A stretch of 38,453 nt of DNA from Nitrospiraceae bacterium (GCA_035698625.1 DASSBQ010000310.1:1-38453); one strand, 5' to 3'. Positions 1 to 9,496 are shown, numbered from the stretch's first letter. Program-made: numbers and translations. The notes: generated by a model not told the origin, from the letters alone.

Positions 1-5
1 AGTAA

Positions 6-1451
6 TTAGAGCATCTTCTCTCTTTCAATGAAAACCGAATTCCTCGGAAGAACATCAACCGAATCAAGTATCGAAACGGTCCTTTCCGATGACACGCCGA
101 GTTCTTTGAATTTCCTGGCGGCCGGAAGGATGCGCGTTTCCAATGAAGACACCGCTTTATTATACGCTTGAACGCTCTTGGCAAGCGATTGTCCGATATC
201 GTTCAAATGATCGGCCAGCACCGCCATCCGTTCATACAGATCCTTGCCCAACTTGCCGGCCAATGCGGCATGTTCGGCCAACTGCTCCTGCCGCCAACCA
301 TACGCAACGGCCCGCAGGAGCGCCACCAGGGACGTCGGCGTCGCAATGACCACCCCGCGCGCGAACCCATCTTCAATCAATGAGGAGTCCTGTTCGAGCG
401 CGGCGGCCAGGAATTGCTCGCCGGGCAAAAACAGTACAACGAATTCAGGCGCCTGCGAGAACTGAGCCCAATAGGCTTTGAGACTCAGTTCCTCCATGCG
501 GGATCGAACCTGGGCGGCATGCCGCATCAGATGAGTGCGCCGCTGCCCGTCGTCCTGGCATTCATGAGCGTCCAGATATGCCGACAAGACCGTTTTAGCA
601 TCTACCACCACTTGTCGACCGGCTGGAAGCCGCACGACCATGTCCGGCCGAACAAATCCATCTTCTTGCCTGACGACCGCTTGCTCGATAAAATCACACT
701 GCGCAATCATGCCGGCCAGCTCGGCCACCCGCCGCAGCGTGATCTCACCCCATCGGCCGCGGACCGCCGGCGCGCGCAGAGCCTTTGCCAGATTTCCGGT
801 CTCCTGCTGCAGACGCTGGTGTGATTCAGCCATGAGCCTCAGGTGTTGTTCAAGTCCTCCATGGTCGCGGAGGCGCGTTCGTTCGATTTGGATGATTTGC
901 TCTTCGTACCGCTTGAGCTGATCTTGCAGCGGCCTGACCAGTTCATCAATGGCTTGCTGCCGTTGGCCGAGATCTCCTTTGGCTTCGGCCTGCAGCGTCG
1001 CAAACGACGAGCGGGCCAGTTGCAGAAACGCTTCGTTGTTCCGTTTGAGCGCTTCTCCCGAAAGAGCTTGAAACGAAGACTGAAGGTCCTGCCGTGCCTC
1101 ATGGAGCAGGGCCTTTTGCTGCTCACTATGCTTTGCGGCTTCATCGCTTCTTGTTTCCGCCACGGCGCAAGCCCTTTGCGACCGGGCCAACTCCTGTCGA
1201 AGGCCACCCGCCAGAAACTGTTCATCCTCCAAACGCCGCCGTAGCTCTTCGCATAGAACTTCGGCTCGATGCAGGCGCTCTACGACGTCGCTCGGCAGAC
1301 TGTGAGCGCGCCAGCGCAGGCGGACAAGCATCCACAGCAAGGCCGCCGTCATGATAAGCGCCAGTCCCAATCCGGGGTCGAGCCAACGTGAAGGGAGCAG
1401 ATTCATCATCGGGGTAGGGGAGGTCGTAGATGCCGGCTGAGCGGCTTCCAA
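6..1451 (-). CDS. rmuC: DNA recombination protein RmuC (membrane anchor + coiled coil + RmuC nuclease-like C-domain)
   Basis: 481-aa ORF. Hydrophobic N-terminus (GLGLALIMTAALLWMLV), about 200 aa of charged helical/coiled-coil sequence, then the conserved RmuC C-terminal block (GEITLRRVAELAGM..CDF.EQ...PDMVVRLP..VVVDAK). The longest ORF opens with TTG at 1451; in-frame ATG-ATG at 1409 is an alternative start. Confidence 0.85.
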   Translation of the reverse strand: MEAAQPASTTSPTPMMNLLPSRWLDPGLGLALIMTAALLWMLVRLRWRAHSLPSDVVERLHRAEVLCEELRRRLEDEQFLAGGLRQELARSQRACAVAETRSDEAAKHSEQQKALLHEARQDLQSSFQALSGEALKRNNEAFLQLARSSFATLQAEAKGDLGQRQQAIDELVRPLQDQLKRYEEQIIQIERTRLRDHGGLEQHLRLMAESHQRLQQETGNLAKALRAPAVRGRWGEITLRRVAELAGMIAQCDFIEQAVVRQEDGFVRPDMVVRLPAGRQVVVDAKTVLSAYLDAHECQDDGQRRTHLMRHAAQVRSRMEELSLKAYWAQFSQAPEFVVLFLPGEQFLAAALEQDSSLIEDGFARGVVIATPTSLVALLRAVAYGWRQEQLAEHAALAGKLGKDLYERMAVLADHLNDIGQSLAKSVQAYNKAVSSLETRILPAARKFKELGVSSERTVSILDSVDVLPRNSVFIEREKML

Positions 1452-1511
1452 GTCTTAAGGATTGCAAAAACAAGAAAAATCAATCTAGCCTACGGGAAAT
1501 GCGTAGAAAGG

Positions 1512-4136
1512 TCAAGCCGGGTCTCGCTGCACCAGCCCTGTTACGGCATCGATTCTTACGCGGTCTCCATCCTTCAATAGCTCGGTGGCGCGGGGGATGT
1601 TTACGACCGCGGGAATCCCATATTCCCTCACGATGATGGCTCCATGAGACAAGGTGCCTCCCATTTCCGCGATCAGGCCGGCGGCCAGTCCGAGCATCGC
1701 AGCCATCCCCGGATCGATCACCGCAACAACGACAATATCGCCGCGTCGGACCTTTGCGATATCCCGTCCGCCGCGCACGACAACCACCGGCCCTTCAACC
1801 GTTCCCCCGCTGATCGAGATACCACGAAGACATCGGCCGCCCGGTTCCTCCGATTCTCCGGCGTCCGAAGGCCGATCTCCTGAAGCCGGGATAAAATCCG
1901 GCACGGTCTTCTCCGCATGCCTATGATGGAGCGCCCGACGCTCGGCGACAAGGGCCTTCCAGTCCCGGACCGGAGAGGCGCCGCGCGCTAACTCCGTGAA
2001 TTCTTCCGTGGTGACAAAAAACACATCATCCGGAGCAGACAAACGTCCTGTCTCCGTGAGTCTTCTGCCGAGCAGGAGGGACAGCCGCCGCATTGCCGTT
2101 GCATAGTACATCAAATGATGCCGATTGGCCTCGCGCAAGACAGACGCTCGGCATAGACGCCTATACCACCAATCGAATATCAGCCGCCGATCATACCTCC
2201 ATCCGAGACGCCGCCGAATCAGCTCCAACGCGGCTACGCGGTCCCGCTCTTGCCGCCTGCCCGCCTGTCCCGTCGTCTCGCGCGCGGCATCAAGCATATG
2301 CCGCCGAATAATCTCCAGGAGATAGGTGGGATTCTCGGCGAAGCGCGCGCACATGATATCGGATTCCCCGATTGCCCGATGCCCGAATTCCGCCAAAAAT
2401 CTATCCAACTCAGCCAGACAGGCGGTTCCCTGCAAATGAGCCCGGTACAAATCCGACCTCCATGGATCGGCGAGAAAAAAGGCCCTGGCTCTCGCCTCAT
2501 GACAAGCATGTTCCCCGATCTCACTCAACCGTCGAACCTGTCTCGCGCTGATGATGGTATGTTGACCTTGCAGCGCCTGATTCAACATGGAACGCCACTC
2601 GACGCCAAGCCACTTCGGAAGCAACCGGCCGAAGACCTGTTGCGCCTGTCCGACCGCCGCCACAATGGCGAAGGTACATTCTCCTTCGCGAAGGTAATTT
2701 CCCAACCATTCCATCCGCCGCAGCACCTCATGTGCCGGCAGATCCTCTATTGCGCCATCGATTTGCGCGCAGGCGGCTTCCTTGAGATCATCGAACCATT
2801 CCGTCGCGCCGCGAAGGGCGCGGCGAATCTTCCGATGCATTCCAAATAGCGCGCGCGCAAATTTCCAGACAGGAAGCCGCGCCGGAAGTTCCCGGGCCAC
2901 CCGGCCCTCTCCTCCCATCTGCTCGGTCACCAGCTCCGGTTGCCCTCCAAGCTGCGCCAGACAGGACTGAAGAAGCGTCACATTGATGAAAGGACGACCA
3001 TGGACGGTCTGCACGGCTCCAAGCCCGGCTGGAATCACGCACCCTAGTTCACGGTAGTGGCGCAGGATGAAATCTTCCATGAATTGCTTCAGAAAGGAGA
3101 GGCTCAGCGGACTCGGCACCTCCGGGAGCGTCTCCTTAAAATTCGCTCGGGACCACTCGTACCGCTGATTCGGGACATCGCCCGCATCGCCTTGACTTGA
3201 AGCCGGCCGGGCTTGAAGGATCCACAGATCATGTTGATCGAAAGCCCATTCCACATCGACCGGTTGGCCGAGCACCCACTCCACCTCTTGTACCACGCTT
3301 GCGAGCACCACGACCTCTTGGTCCGTGAGCGAGGGACGCAGGCTCTCGGCCTCAGTCAATTGAGCGACGACAGGACCGTTCGCGCCCAAAATCATCATGG
3401 AGGATTTCCGAGCAAGACGGCGTCCCAACACCTTGCCGGCACAACCGGTTTCTGGACGCGAGACCACGTACTCATCAGGCACACTCCGTCCCGAGACCGA
3501 TGATTCACCCAGGCCCGGGGCCGCATTGACGAGCATTTCATCGCGGGCGCTCACCGGGTGCCGGGAGAAGGCGACGCCGGACACGCGGGCGGCGATCATC
3601 CGTTGAATCACGACAGCCATGGCCGGCGCTCGGTCCGTTGCGCGATTTCGATTGAGGTAAGAGAAAACCTGTTCCTCCCAGAGCGACGCCCAACAGCGCC
3701 GAATAGCCAACGGAACATCGTGGATGCTCACGCCAAGGTCCGTTCTATAGAGGCCGGCACTGCTGGCATCCGCGGCATCCTCATTGGTGGCGGAGGAGCG
3801 GACGGCCCAGAGCGTAGCCGGCTCTCGGAGGAGGCTCTGGAGCGCGATGTGGAGATCGTGAGACCAGTCCGGAGGGAAGGGAACGGCTGCTAATCGGACC
3901 CGAGCCGCTGCCAGAATTTGAGTTCGCCGATCAGGCGGTGATTCTCGTACAAGCTTCCATGTAGATCCGAGGTCGATTCCAGCTTGCCGGCAAGTTTCCT
4001 GATATGCGGCGGTTGTAAGGCAGATGCCCGAAGGGACTTTAAAGCCCGCAGCAATCAGACGAGACAATCCCGCGGCCTTGCCTCCGGCGAGGGCGGGATC
4101 GACGCACTTCTCCAGCACCTGGAGAAAAACGGCCAT
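1512..4136 (-). CDS. PEP-utilising-enzyme family phosphotransferase (PpsA/PPDK-type ATP-binding N-domain + long middle region + C-terminal phosphohistidine swivel domain; no PEP/pyruvate TIM barrel)
   Basis: 874-aa ORF with ATG at 4136. The N-terminus GGKAAGLSRLIAAGFKVPSGICLT matches the PEP/pyruvate-binding (PPDK_N) domain. The extreme C-terminus GGTLSHGAIIVREYGIPAVV is the mobile His-domain signature. Domain order and length resemble rifampicin-phosphotransferase-type enzymes rather than true PEP synthase. Confidence 0.8.
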   Translation of the reverse strand: MAVFLQVLEKCVDPALAGGKAAGLSRLIAAGFKVPSGICLTTAAYQETCRQAGIDLGSTWKLVRESPPDRRTQILAAARVRLAAVPFPPDWSHDLHIALQSLLREPATLWAVRSSATNEDAADASSAGLYRTDLGVSIHDVPLAIRRCWASLWEEQVFSYLNRNRATDRAPAMAVVIQRMIAARVSGVAFSRHPVSARDEMLVNAAPGLGESSVSGRSVPDEYVVSRPETGCAGKVLGRRLARKSSMMILGANGPVVAQLTEAESLRPSLTDQEVVVLASVVQEVEWVLGQPVDVEWAFDQHDLWILQARPASSQGDAGDVPNQRYEWSRANFKETLPEVPSPLSLSFLKQFMEDFILRHYRELGCVIPAGLGAVQTVHGRPFINVTLLQSCLAQLGGQPELVTEQMGGEGRVARELPARLPVWKFARALFGMHRKIRRALRGATEWFDDLKEAACAQIDGAIEDLPAHEVLRRMEWLGNYLREGECTFAIVAAVGQAQQVFGRLLPKWLGVEWRSMLNQALQGQHTIISARQVRRLSEIGEHACHEARARAFFLADPWRSDLYRAHLQGTACLAELDRFLAEFGHRAIGESDIMCARFAENPTYLLEIIRRHMLDAARETTGQAGRRQERDRVAALELIRRRLGWRYDRRLIFDWWYRRLCRASVLREANRHHLMYYATAMRRLSLLLGRRLTETGRLSAPDDVFFVTTEEFTELARGASPVRDWKALVAERRALHHRHAEKTVPDFIPASGDRPSDAGESEEPGGRCLRGISISGGTVEGPVVVVRGGRDIAKVRRGDIVVVAVIDPGMAAMLGLAAGLIAEMGGTLSHGAIIVREYGIPAVVNIPRATELLKDGDRVRIDAVTGLVQRDPA

Positions 4137-4150
4137 GTGAAGGATACTAC

Positions 4151-5488
4151 CTAGAGAGCCAGGAGGAGGTAAAGATCGTTGACATTGGTCCCGGTCGGGC
4201 CCGTGGTGATGTGACCGCCTGCCGTTTGGAAGAAGGTGTAGGCATCGTTTTGAAGCAAGGCGAGCGTCGCATCAAGCCCTTTGCGCTTGGCAACGGCCAC
4301 GGTATTTCCATTCACGACCGCTCCGGCGACATCCGTGGGCCCGTCCGAACCATCCGTCGCAAACCCCGCGATCCAGACATCCTTCAAGCCGGCTATCTCG
4401 CCGGCCGCCGCAAGGGCAAACTCCTGCGCGCGCCCTCCTCGCCCCTTTCCGGATACGGTAACCGTTAACTCCCCACCGGCCAGGAGGCAGCATGGCCGGC
4501 GCAGCGGTCTCGCTCGGATCGCGACCTCGCGAGCCATGGCCCCAAAGACCTTGGCCACCTCCTTGGCTTCTCCGGTCAACGTTGAGCCTACCACCATCGT
4601 CTGGAGGCCTGCATTGAGCGCCCCCTTGGACACCGCATTCACGGCTGCGCTATTCCCGCCGATAATATAATGGTCTACCCGCTTGAAGATGGCCGATCTG
4701 GACGTCGGCGTTTCTCTCACGCGGCCTTGGAGCCCGTGCAGGAGGTGGCGCCGGACGGAGTGAGGAATGGTCCTGTCGAGGCGATATTGTCGGACGATGG
4801 CCCAAGCATCGGCAAATGTCGTGTCGTCCGGCGCAGTCGGGCCCGACCCAATGGTCCCTATATCATCGCCGATAACGTCGGACAAGAGAAGGGTCAGCAC
4901 ATGGGCCTTCGTCGCCACGGCCAATTGCCCTCCTTTAAGCGAAGATAGATGCTTCCGCACCGTGTTCATTTCCTGGATGGTGGCCCCGCTTCGCAATAGG
5001 AGTTGAGTGGTACGCTGCTTATCTTCCAACGTCAGTCCATTCACCGGCGCAGGCAGAAGACTTGACGCGCCGCCGGACACCAGCACGATGAGCAAGTCGT
5101 CTTTGGTCAATCTACCGGCCATTTCGAGCATCCGCCGCCCGGCATGCAATCCCTCTTGATCAGGAACGGGATGTCCTGCCTCGGCGACCTGTATCGTCTT
5201 CGTCAAACCGCCATGGCCGTACTTCACCACCACCAGGCCGCTTTGCAGGGACGAACCCATGACGCGCTCGAGGGCCTGCGCCATTCGGGCCGTAGCTTTC
5301 CCGGCTCCGATTGCCACGACGCGGCGATAGTCCGAGAGTCGATAGCGATAGGGCCCGGCCCGCAAGGCTCCCTTCTCGACTCTGGCACTGCGAAGCATGG
5401 CGCCATAGGGATCGCCGGCATGCAGTCCCGCCTTGAAGAGCCTTGAAAAGATGGCTCGGACGCGAGTGGCTGGGACATCGATCCGCAT
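4151..5488 (-). CDS. glycerate 2-kinase / hydroxypyruvate reductase family protein (DUF4147 + MOFRL domains)
   Basis: 445-aa ORF with ATG at 5488. Characteristic blocks VVAIGAGKA, LVSGGASSLLP, LLAGGELTVTV.GKGRGGRAQEFALAAA, FATDGSDGPTD. Lies 14 nt upstream of the next gene and 5 nt downstream of the previous one. Confidence 0.8.
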   Translation of the reverse strand: MRIDVPATRVRAIFSRLFKAGLHAGDPYGAMLRSARVEKGALRAGPYRYRLSDYRRVVAIGAGKATARMAQALERVMGSSLQSGLVVVKYGHGGLTKTIQVAEAGHPVPDQEGLHAGRRMLEMAGRLTKDDLLIVLVSGGASSLLPAPVNGLTLEDKQRTTQLLLRSGATIQEMNTVRKHLSSLKGGQLAVATKAHVLTLLLSDVIGDDIGTIGSGPTAPDDTTFADAWAIVRQYRLDRTIPHSVRRHLLHGLQGRVRETPTSRSAIFKRVDHYIIGGNSAAVNAVSKGALNAGLQTMVVGSTLTGEAKEVAKVFGAMAREVAIRARPLRRPCCLLAGGELTVTVSGKGRGGRAQEFALAAAGEIAGLKDVWIAGFATDGSDGPTDVAGAVVNGNTVAVAKRKGLDATLALLQNDAYTFFQTAGGHITTGPTGTNVNDLYLLLAL

Positions 5489-5493
5489 GAAGG

Positions 5494-6564
5494 TCAGGGT
5501 TTGTCTTGCCTGAAACAGCGATTCGGGCAGGTTTGGCGCGGGACTTTCACTTGATAACTTCCCTTCGGCAAGAAGTCTTTGGTGAACTCGGGGTTGAGCA
5601 TCTTGAGTTCCAAAAAATATGTTCCGAATTCCTGCGCGATAGCACTGAGATGCCGCTGGGCTTCCTTGATCGTAACCGTCACGGTTTCTGTTTCCAGGGG
5701 AGTGTACAGATCTTTTTTCGTCAAGCCGAGATATTTTTCTGGTTGGGAATAGATTTCTTTGGCCGCAATGATCCGAGGAACATATCGCATGGTTTCTCGC
5801 GGCCCATGCAACCTCCAGTAATCGCCGACCTTCTGGTCCTTCATCAACCTTCGCACCCGATCCTCGCCTGCATTATAGGAAGCCATCGCCAGGAACCAAT
5901 CTCCCTGCTGGAATTCCCGCAGATACCGCAAGTACTTGATGGCCGCTTCCGTGGACATTTCGAGATTTCGGCGTTCATCCCGCCATCGATCGCTGTGCAA
6001 CTTGTACCGGCGTCCGGTCGAATTGATGAATTGCCAGGGGCCGGAAGCCTTCGCTCGTGAATACGCCGCCGCGATGCACTTGCTTTCCACCAGCAGCATG
6101 TATTTGAGGTCGTCGGGCAATCCGGCTTCCGCCAGCTGTCTTTCCGCAGGGGCGAAGCAACGTCCGGTGCGTTTCGCCAGGATAATGCTCTCGCCTTGAT
6201 CCTCAAGGAATTGATAGAACTCGTACTCGATCCGCTCACGTACCTGCCAATTGTCCAGCGGCACCGACTGACCGGCAAAGGTCAGTTTCTCCGGCAATTT
6301 GAATGAACTAAGAAAGAACCGCTCGCCCTCGCGTTTGATCTCCGGAAGGATCACCAGGCGATCCTCCACCTCCGGCGTCCCATCCTGCTCGGATGATTCG
6401 GCGCCGGATGCCCGTATGGAGTCCCCACTCCGCGGACTACCGTCGGCGGACGCTTCCGAAGAAGGGCTGCGATGATCACCCGCCGGTTGGCTCGGACCCG
6501 ACAACGGCAGGCATAGAAAAACAAGGGACCAGACGATTACCATTCCGACGATAGCTCTGAGCAT
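5494..6564 (-). CDS. secreted lytic murein transglycosylase (SLT domain)
   Basis: 356-aa ORF. N-terminal signal peptide (MLRAIVGMVIVWSLVFLCLPLSG) and a low-complexity Ser/Glu linker. SLT core motifs LVESKC (catalytic Glu-Ser), SGPWQF and MASYNAGEDRV. Confidence 0.8.
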   Translation of the reverse strand: MLRAIVGMVIVWSLVFLCLPLSGPSQPAGDHRSPSSEASADGSPRSGDSIRASGAESSEQDGTPEVEDRLVILPEIKREGERFFLSSFKLPEKLTFAGQSVPLDNWQVRERIEYEFYQFLEDQGESIILAKRTGRCFAPAERQLAEAGLPDDLKYMLLVESKCIAAAYSRAKASGPWQFINSTGRRYKLHSDRWRDERRNLEMSTEAAIKYLRYLREFQQGDWFLAMASYNAGEDRVRRLMKDQKVGDYWRLHGPRETMRYVPRIIAAKEIYSQPEKYLGLTKKDLYTPLETETVTVTIKEAQRHLSAIAQEFGTYFLELKMLNPEFTKDFLPKGSYQVKVPRQTCPNRCFRQDKP

Positions 6565-6664
6565 AGGTATTTATCCCCTCGTGAAGGCCGGAGATCATGC
6601 TATCAGCAAGGTCGGGAAGCGACAAGCGTGAACGGGTTTTTCGATTCTGGTACAGTGCTCGCCT

Positions 6665-7375
6665 ATGCGGCCATTGACGCTGCTCAATGAGACGATCATT
6701 AACTGCCGTCGATGCCCCCGCCTCGTCGCGTATCGAGAGACGGTTGCGCGCACCAAGCGCCGGCAATTCCTCGACTGGACCTACTGGGGCAGGCCGGTGG
6801 CTGGATTCGGAGATAGCCGAGCGCAGTTGTATATTCTGGGATTGGCCCCGGCTGCTCACGGCGGCAATCGAACGGGAAGGATCTTTACCGGCGATCGCAG
6901 CGGCGATTGGCTCTATGAAGCGCTGCATCGCTATGGATTCGCAAACCAGGCGCGTTCCGTTCATCGGGATGACGGATTGCGCCTGTCAAACTGCTACATC
7001 GGCGCGTCGGTCCGTTGCGCCCCCCCGGACAACAAACCACTGCCTGAGGAATTTGCGAATTGCCGGCCTTACATTACCGGGGAACTGCAGGGACTCGGCG
7101 CCGTACGGGTGGTGATCGCGTTGGGAAAGGTGGCCTTCGATCAATACCTGAAAGCTTGTCGAGACATGGGGCTGGCGCCGCCAAGGCCGGCGCCCCGATT
7201 TAAACATGGCGCGGAGTATCGCATGCCGTGGAGCGTCAGTCTTCTCGGTTCATTCCATCCGAGCCAGCAAAACACCTTTACCGGCAAGCTGACCAAACCT
7301 ATGTTTCATCACGTGTTCGCACGGGCCCGCGCGCTCCTCGCCGAGCCGAGAGCCCGGCGTCGCGATGGGCAATGA
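6665..7375 (+). CDS. uracil-DNA glycosylase, family 5 (UDGb)-like, Fe-S type
   Basis: 236-aa ORF with ATG at 6665. N-terminal CRRCPRL cysteine pair and the motif GLAPAAHGGNRTGRIFTGD (GLAPA in place of the family-4 GE.PG motif). C-terminal HPSQQN block. Confidence 0.8.
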   Translation: MRPLTLLNETIINCRRCPRLVAYRETVARTKRRQFLDWTYWGRPVAGFGDSRAQLYILGLAPAAHGGNRTGRIFTGDRSGDWLYEALHRYGFANQARSVHRDDGLRLSNCYIGASVRCAPPDNKPLPEEFANCRPYITGELQGLGAVRVVIALGKVAFDQYLKACRDMGLAPPRPAPRFKHGAEYRMPWSVSLLGSFHPSQQNTFTGKLTKPMFHHVFARARALLAEPRARRRDGQ

Positions 7376-7380
7376 TGGGT

Positions 7381-8028
7381 CTACTTTCGGCCCTGAGCTT
7401 CCCAGTCGGCGAGAAACTTCTTCAAGCCGATATCGGTCAAAGGGTGCTTCACCAATTGCTGAAACACGCTGTAGGGCATCGTGCAGATATGGCCTCCGGC
7501 CAGCGCGGCTTCGACCACGTGTTGCGGGTGTCGCACGCTCGCGACCAGCACGAAAGTCTTATAGTCGTAATTTCGATAGATGGTGACGATCTGACGAATC
7601 AATTCCATACCATTGGAACTGACGTCATCCAGCCGACCGATGAAGGGCGAAACGCACCACGCTCCGGCTTTCGCCGCCAAGAGCGCTTGAGTCGGCGAGA
7701 AGCATAAGGTGACGTTGACACGAATTCCCTCTGCAGCCATCTTTTTTGTCGCGCGCAATCCTTCGGGGATCAAGGGAACCTTTACCACCACGTTCTTGTG
7801 TATTTTGGCGAGTTCACGGCCTTCCTTGACCATTCCATCGGCCTCGACGCTGACTACTTCCGCGCTGATCGGCCCGTCCACGATATTGCAGATTTCCAAA
7901 AGCACCTCGCGGAAACTGCGGCCCTCCTTGACCACGAGAGACGGATTCGTGGTGACGCCGTCGATCAAACCGAGCGCGGCTCCTTCTTGAATCTCTTTGA
8001 CGCTGGCGGTATCCAGGTAGAGTTTCAT
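7381..8028 (-). CDS. tal: transaldolase, short type 3B / fructose-6-phosphate aldolase family
   Basis: 215-aa [34 protein letters not shown] is the typical N-terminus, with the Schiff-base Lys context VVVKVP. AGGA Shine-Dalgarno 6 nt before the ATG at 8028. Confidence 0.9.
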   Translation of the reverse strand: MKLYLDTASVKEIQEGAALGLIDGVTTNPSLVVKEGRSFREVLLEICNIVDGPISAEVVSVEADGMVKEGRELAKIHKNVVVKVPLIPEGLRATKKMAAEGIRVNVTLCFSPTQALLAAKAGAWCVSPFIGRLDDVSSNGMELIRQIVTIYRNYDYKTFVLVASVRHPQHVVEAALAGGHICTMPYSVFQQLVKHPLTDIGLKKFLADWEAQGRK

Positions 8029-8092
8029 GACCGGTCCTTTCTTTCGTGAGTTCCTTCTACCGTGTGGATGCGGACGACCTTACTTCGACCCT

Positions 8093-8121
8093 ATTCTAAA
8101 GTGAACAGTATTTCATGGCAA
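8093..8121 (-). promoter_or_regulatory. candidate sigma70-type promoter for tal (TTGCCA-N17-TAGAAT)
   Basis: Read on the minus strand: -35 TTGCCA (8121..8116), a 17-nt spacer, and -10 TAGAAT (8098..8093). This sits about 65 nt upstream of the tal ATG. Confidence 0.45.
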
Positions 8122-8147
8122 ACCATCGCCGACTTGCTGCGGGATGT

Positions 8148-8177
8148 TTGACAGTCTCAGAAGATCGACGCTAGAAT
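8148..8177 (+). promoter_or_regulatory. candidate sigma70-type promoter for the downstream lipoprotein gene (TTGACA-N18-TAGAAT)
   Basis: Perfect -35 TTGACA (8148-8153), an 18-nt spacer, and -10 TAGAAT (8172-8177). It is about 65 nt upstream of the ATG at 8243 and back-to-back with the tal promoter. Confidence 0.45.
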
Positions 8178-8242
8178 TCCTCGCCGCGCAATGGGCACGG
8201 CAGAGTCTCGACCCTTCAGGTCGACGCTCAAGGAGTACCGGT

Positions 8243-8551
8243 ATGAGACGGTCAGCTTGCTCGATGGTTCTGACATTCCTGTTCGTTGCATGCAGCCATA
8301 ACCCGTATCTTGAAGCCTCGCTTAAGCCCGCCGAATTGCAAGGGAAGGACAAAGCCTGGTTTGAAAAGAATTGGGGCCCGCCCGATGGGAAGACATCCCG
8401 ATTTTTCGGCGGCGAGAAATGGATCTATTATCGGATAGCCGGAGGGAAGTCGGGACCACCGTTATTCAATTTCAAGGCTCATGAATGTCAAATAACCCTA
8501 CTCTTCGATAAGGAGGAGAAGTTTACGGACTATAGTTATTCGGGCTGCTAA
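8243..8551 (+). CDS. small lipoprotein, unknown function
   Basis: The internal ATG at 8243 is preceded by AGGAG (8231-8235). MRRSACSMVLTFLFVAC is a lipoprotein signal with lipobox LFVAC. The longer tracked ORF from 8144 would put the promoter motifs inside coding sequence. Confidence 0.65.
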   Translation: MRRSACSMVLTFLFVACSHNPYLEASLKPAELQGKDKAWFEKNWGPPDGKTSRFFGGEKWIYYRIAGGKSGPPLFNFKAHECQITLLFDKEEKFTDYSYSGC

Positions 8552-8805
8552 CCGGCCAGTTGTTTTTGGAATGCCTTCGCACATTCGCGACTACAGAAGA
8601 AATAGCTCTGCCCTCCTATTTCTTCCTGCACGGCCGCTCCCTTTGGGATAAAGACCCGGCAAACCGGATCCTGCACCATCTGATGTTTGTCGGAGATCTG
8701 ATTTCGGCTGGCGGTATGGCCCCTTTCATGTAACGCGCGGATGGCGCTTCGGATCAGAAAATAAAGAATCGTCAGCAATATCAGGATGATAATAATTCTA
8801 TACAT
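8548..8805 (-). CDS. membrane-anchored TRASH/YHS-type metal-binding domain protein
   Basis: 85-aa ORF. N-terminal TM helix (IIIILILLTILYFLI), then C-X21-C-X3-C (CRVFIPKG...YFFCSREC), which is the TRASH/YHS cysteine spacing. Its stop codon overlaps the stop of the convergent lipoprotein gene. Confidence 0.7.
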   Translation of the reverse strand: MYRIIIILILLTILYFLIRSAIRALHERGHTASRNQISDKHQMVQDPVCRVFIPKGAAVQEEIGGQSYFFCSRECAKAFQKQLAG

Positions 8806-9017
8806 AGTGGTCTCACGTTTTCAAACCGCAACCTATGCAAGCAATTCCGTTCTTATCCAAGGAGACCCAGGTACACTTACTGGGTTAGCTAAGGCCGAAT
8901 GGCCATAGATCAAGACCGAAGGGCCCATTCCCCTCGTAAATCAAGGGACCTTTAACCTCGATGCCAGGTACTTCAGGTGGATGGCTTGTCCTACAGAGCA
9001 ATGTTATAGAGATAGAT

Positions 9018-9170
9018 ATGCACACATGTGATAAATGTCGCGGCACAATGTTGCCGGAGCGGGCTGTTGATTTGGATGCAGGTCTCGCGATCACGGTTTT
9101 GGCATGCCTGAATTGTGGTCGTCGAAAGGTAGCGGATCCCGAGCCGAGACCCATTACATCCCGTCACTGA
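9018..9170 (+). CDS. possible 50-aa zinc-ribbon mini-protein (hypothetical)
   Basis: MHTCDKC...(25 aa)...CLNCG gives two CxxC knuckles. Weak RBS, and third-position GC is visibly lower than in neighbouring genes, so coding status is uncertain. Confidence 0.35.
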   Translation: MHTCDKCRGTMLPERAVDLDAGLAITVLACLNCGRRKVADPEPRPITSRH

Positions 9171-9179
9171 CCCGCCTCT

Positions 9180-9386
9180 ATGAGCAAGCCGAGACCGCTC
9201 ACCCATGATGAGCGAAAGGCTGCTGAAGCAGCTTTTCGAGGTCTTCCGCCTGATCCCAAGTGGACGCTGGGAGCGCTATCCGTCTATCATGGGATGAGAA
9301 CCGCCTTGACCGCCCGAAGAGTGACGAGGAAGCTTACTCCAGCCGGCGCGGAAACTATGTGGGCCCGCCAACCTGCGTCCGTTTAA
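9180..9386 (+). CDS. hypothetical 68-aa protein (doubtful)
   Basis: ATG ORF 9 nt after the zinc-ribbon ORF. No recognisable motif and no clear Shine-Dalgarno. Confidence 0.25.
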   Translation: MSKPRPLTHDERKAAEAAFRGLPPDPKWTLGALSVYHGMRTALTARRVTRKLTPAGAETMWARQPASV

Positions 9387-9496
9387 TCCCCTTATCCCAT
9401 TGAATCCAGGGCTTACGTCCCGCGATTGGAAGGACCGGCCGGGCGAGGCAGCCGCTTTTAGGATAATGAGTTCAAGCGGCAGAGCAAAATATCCTA

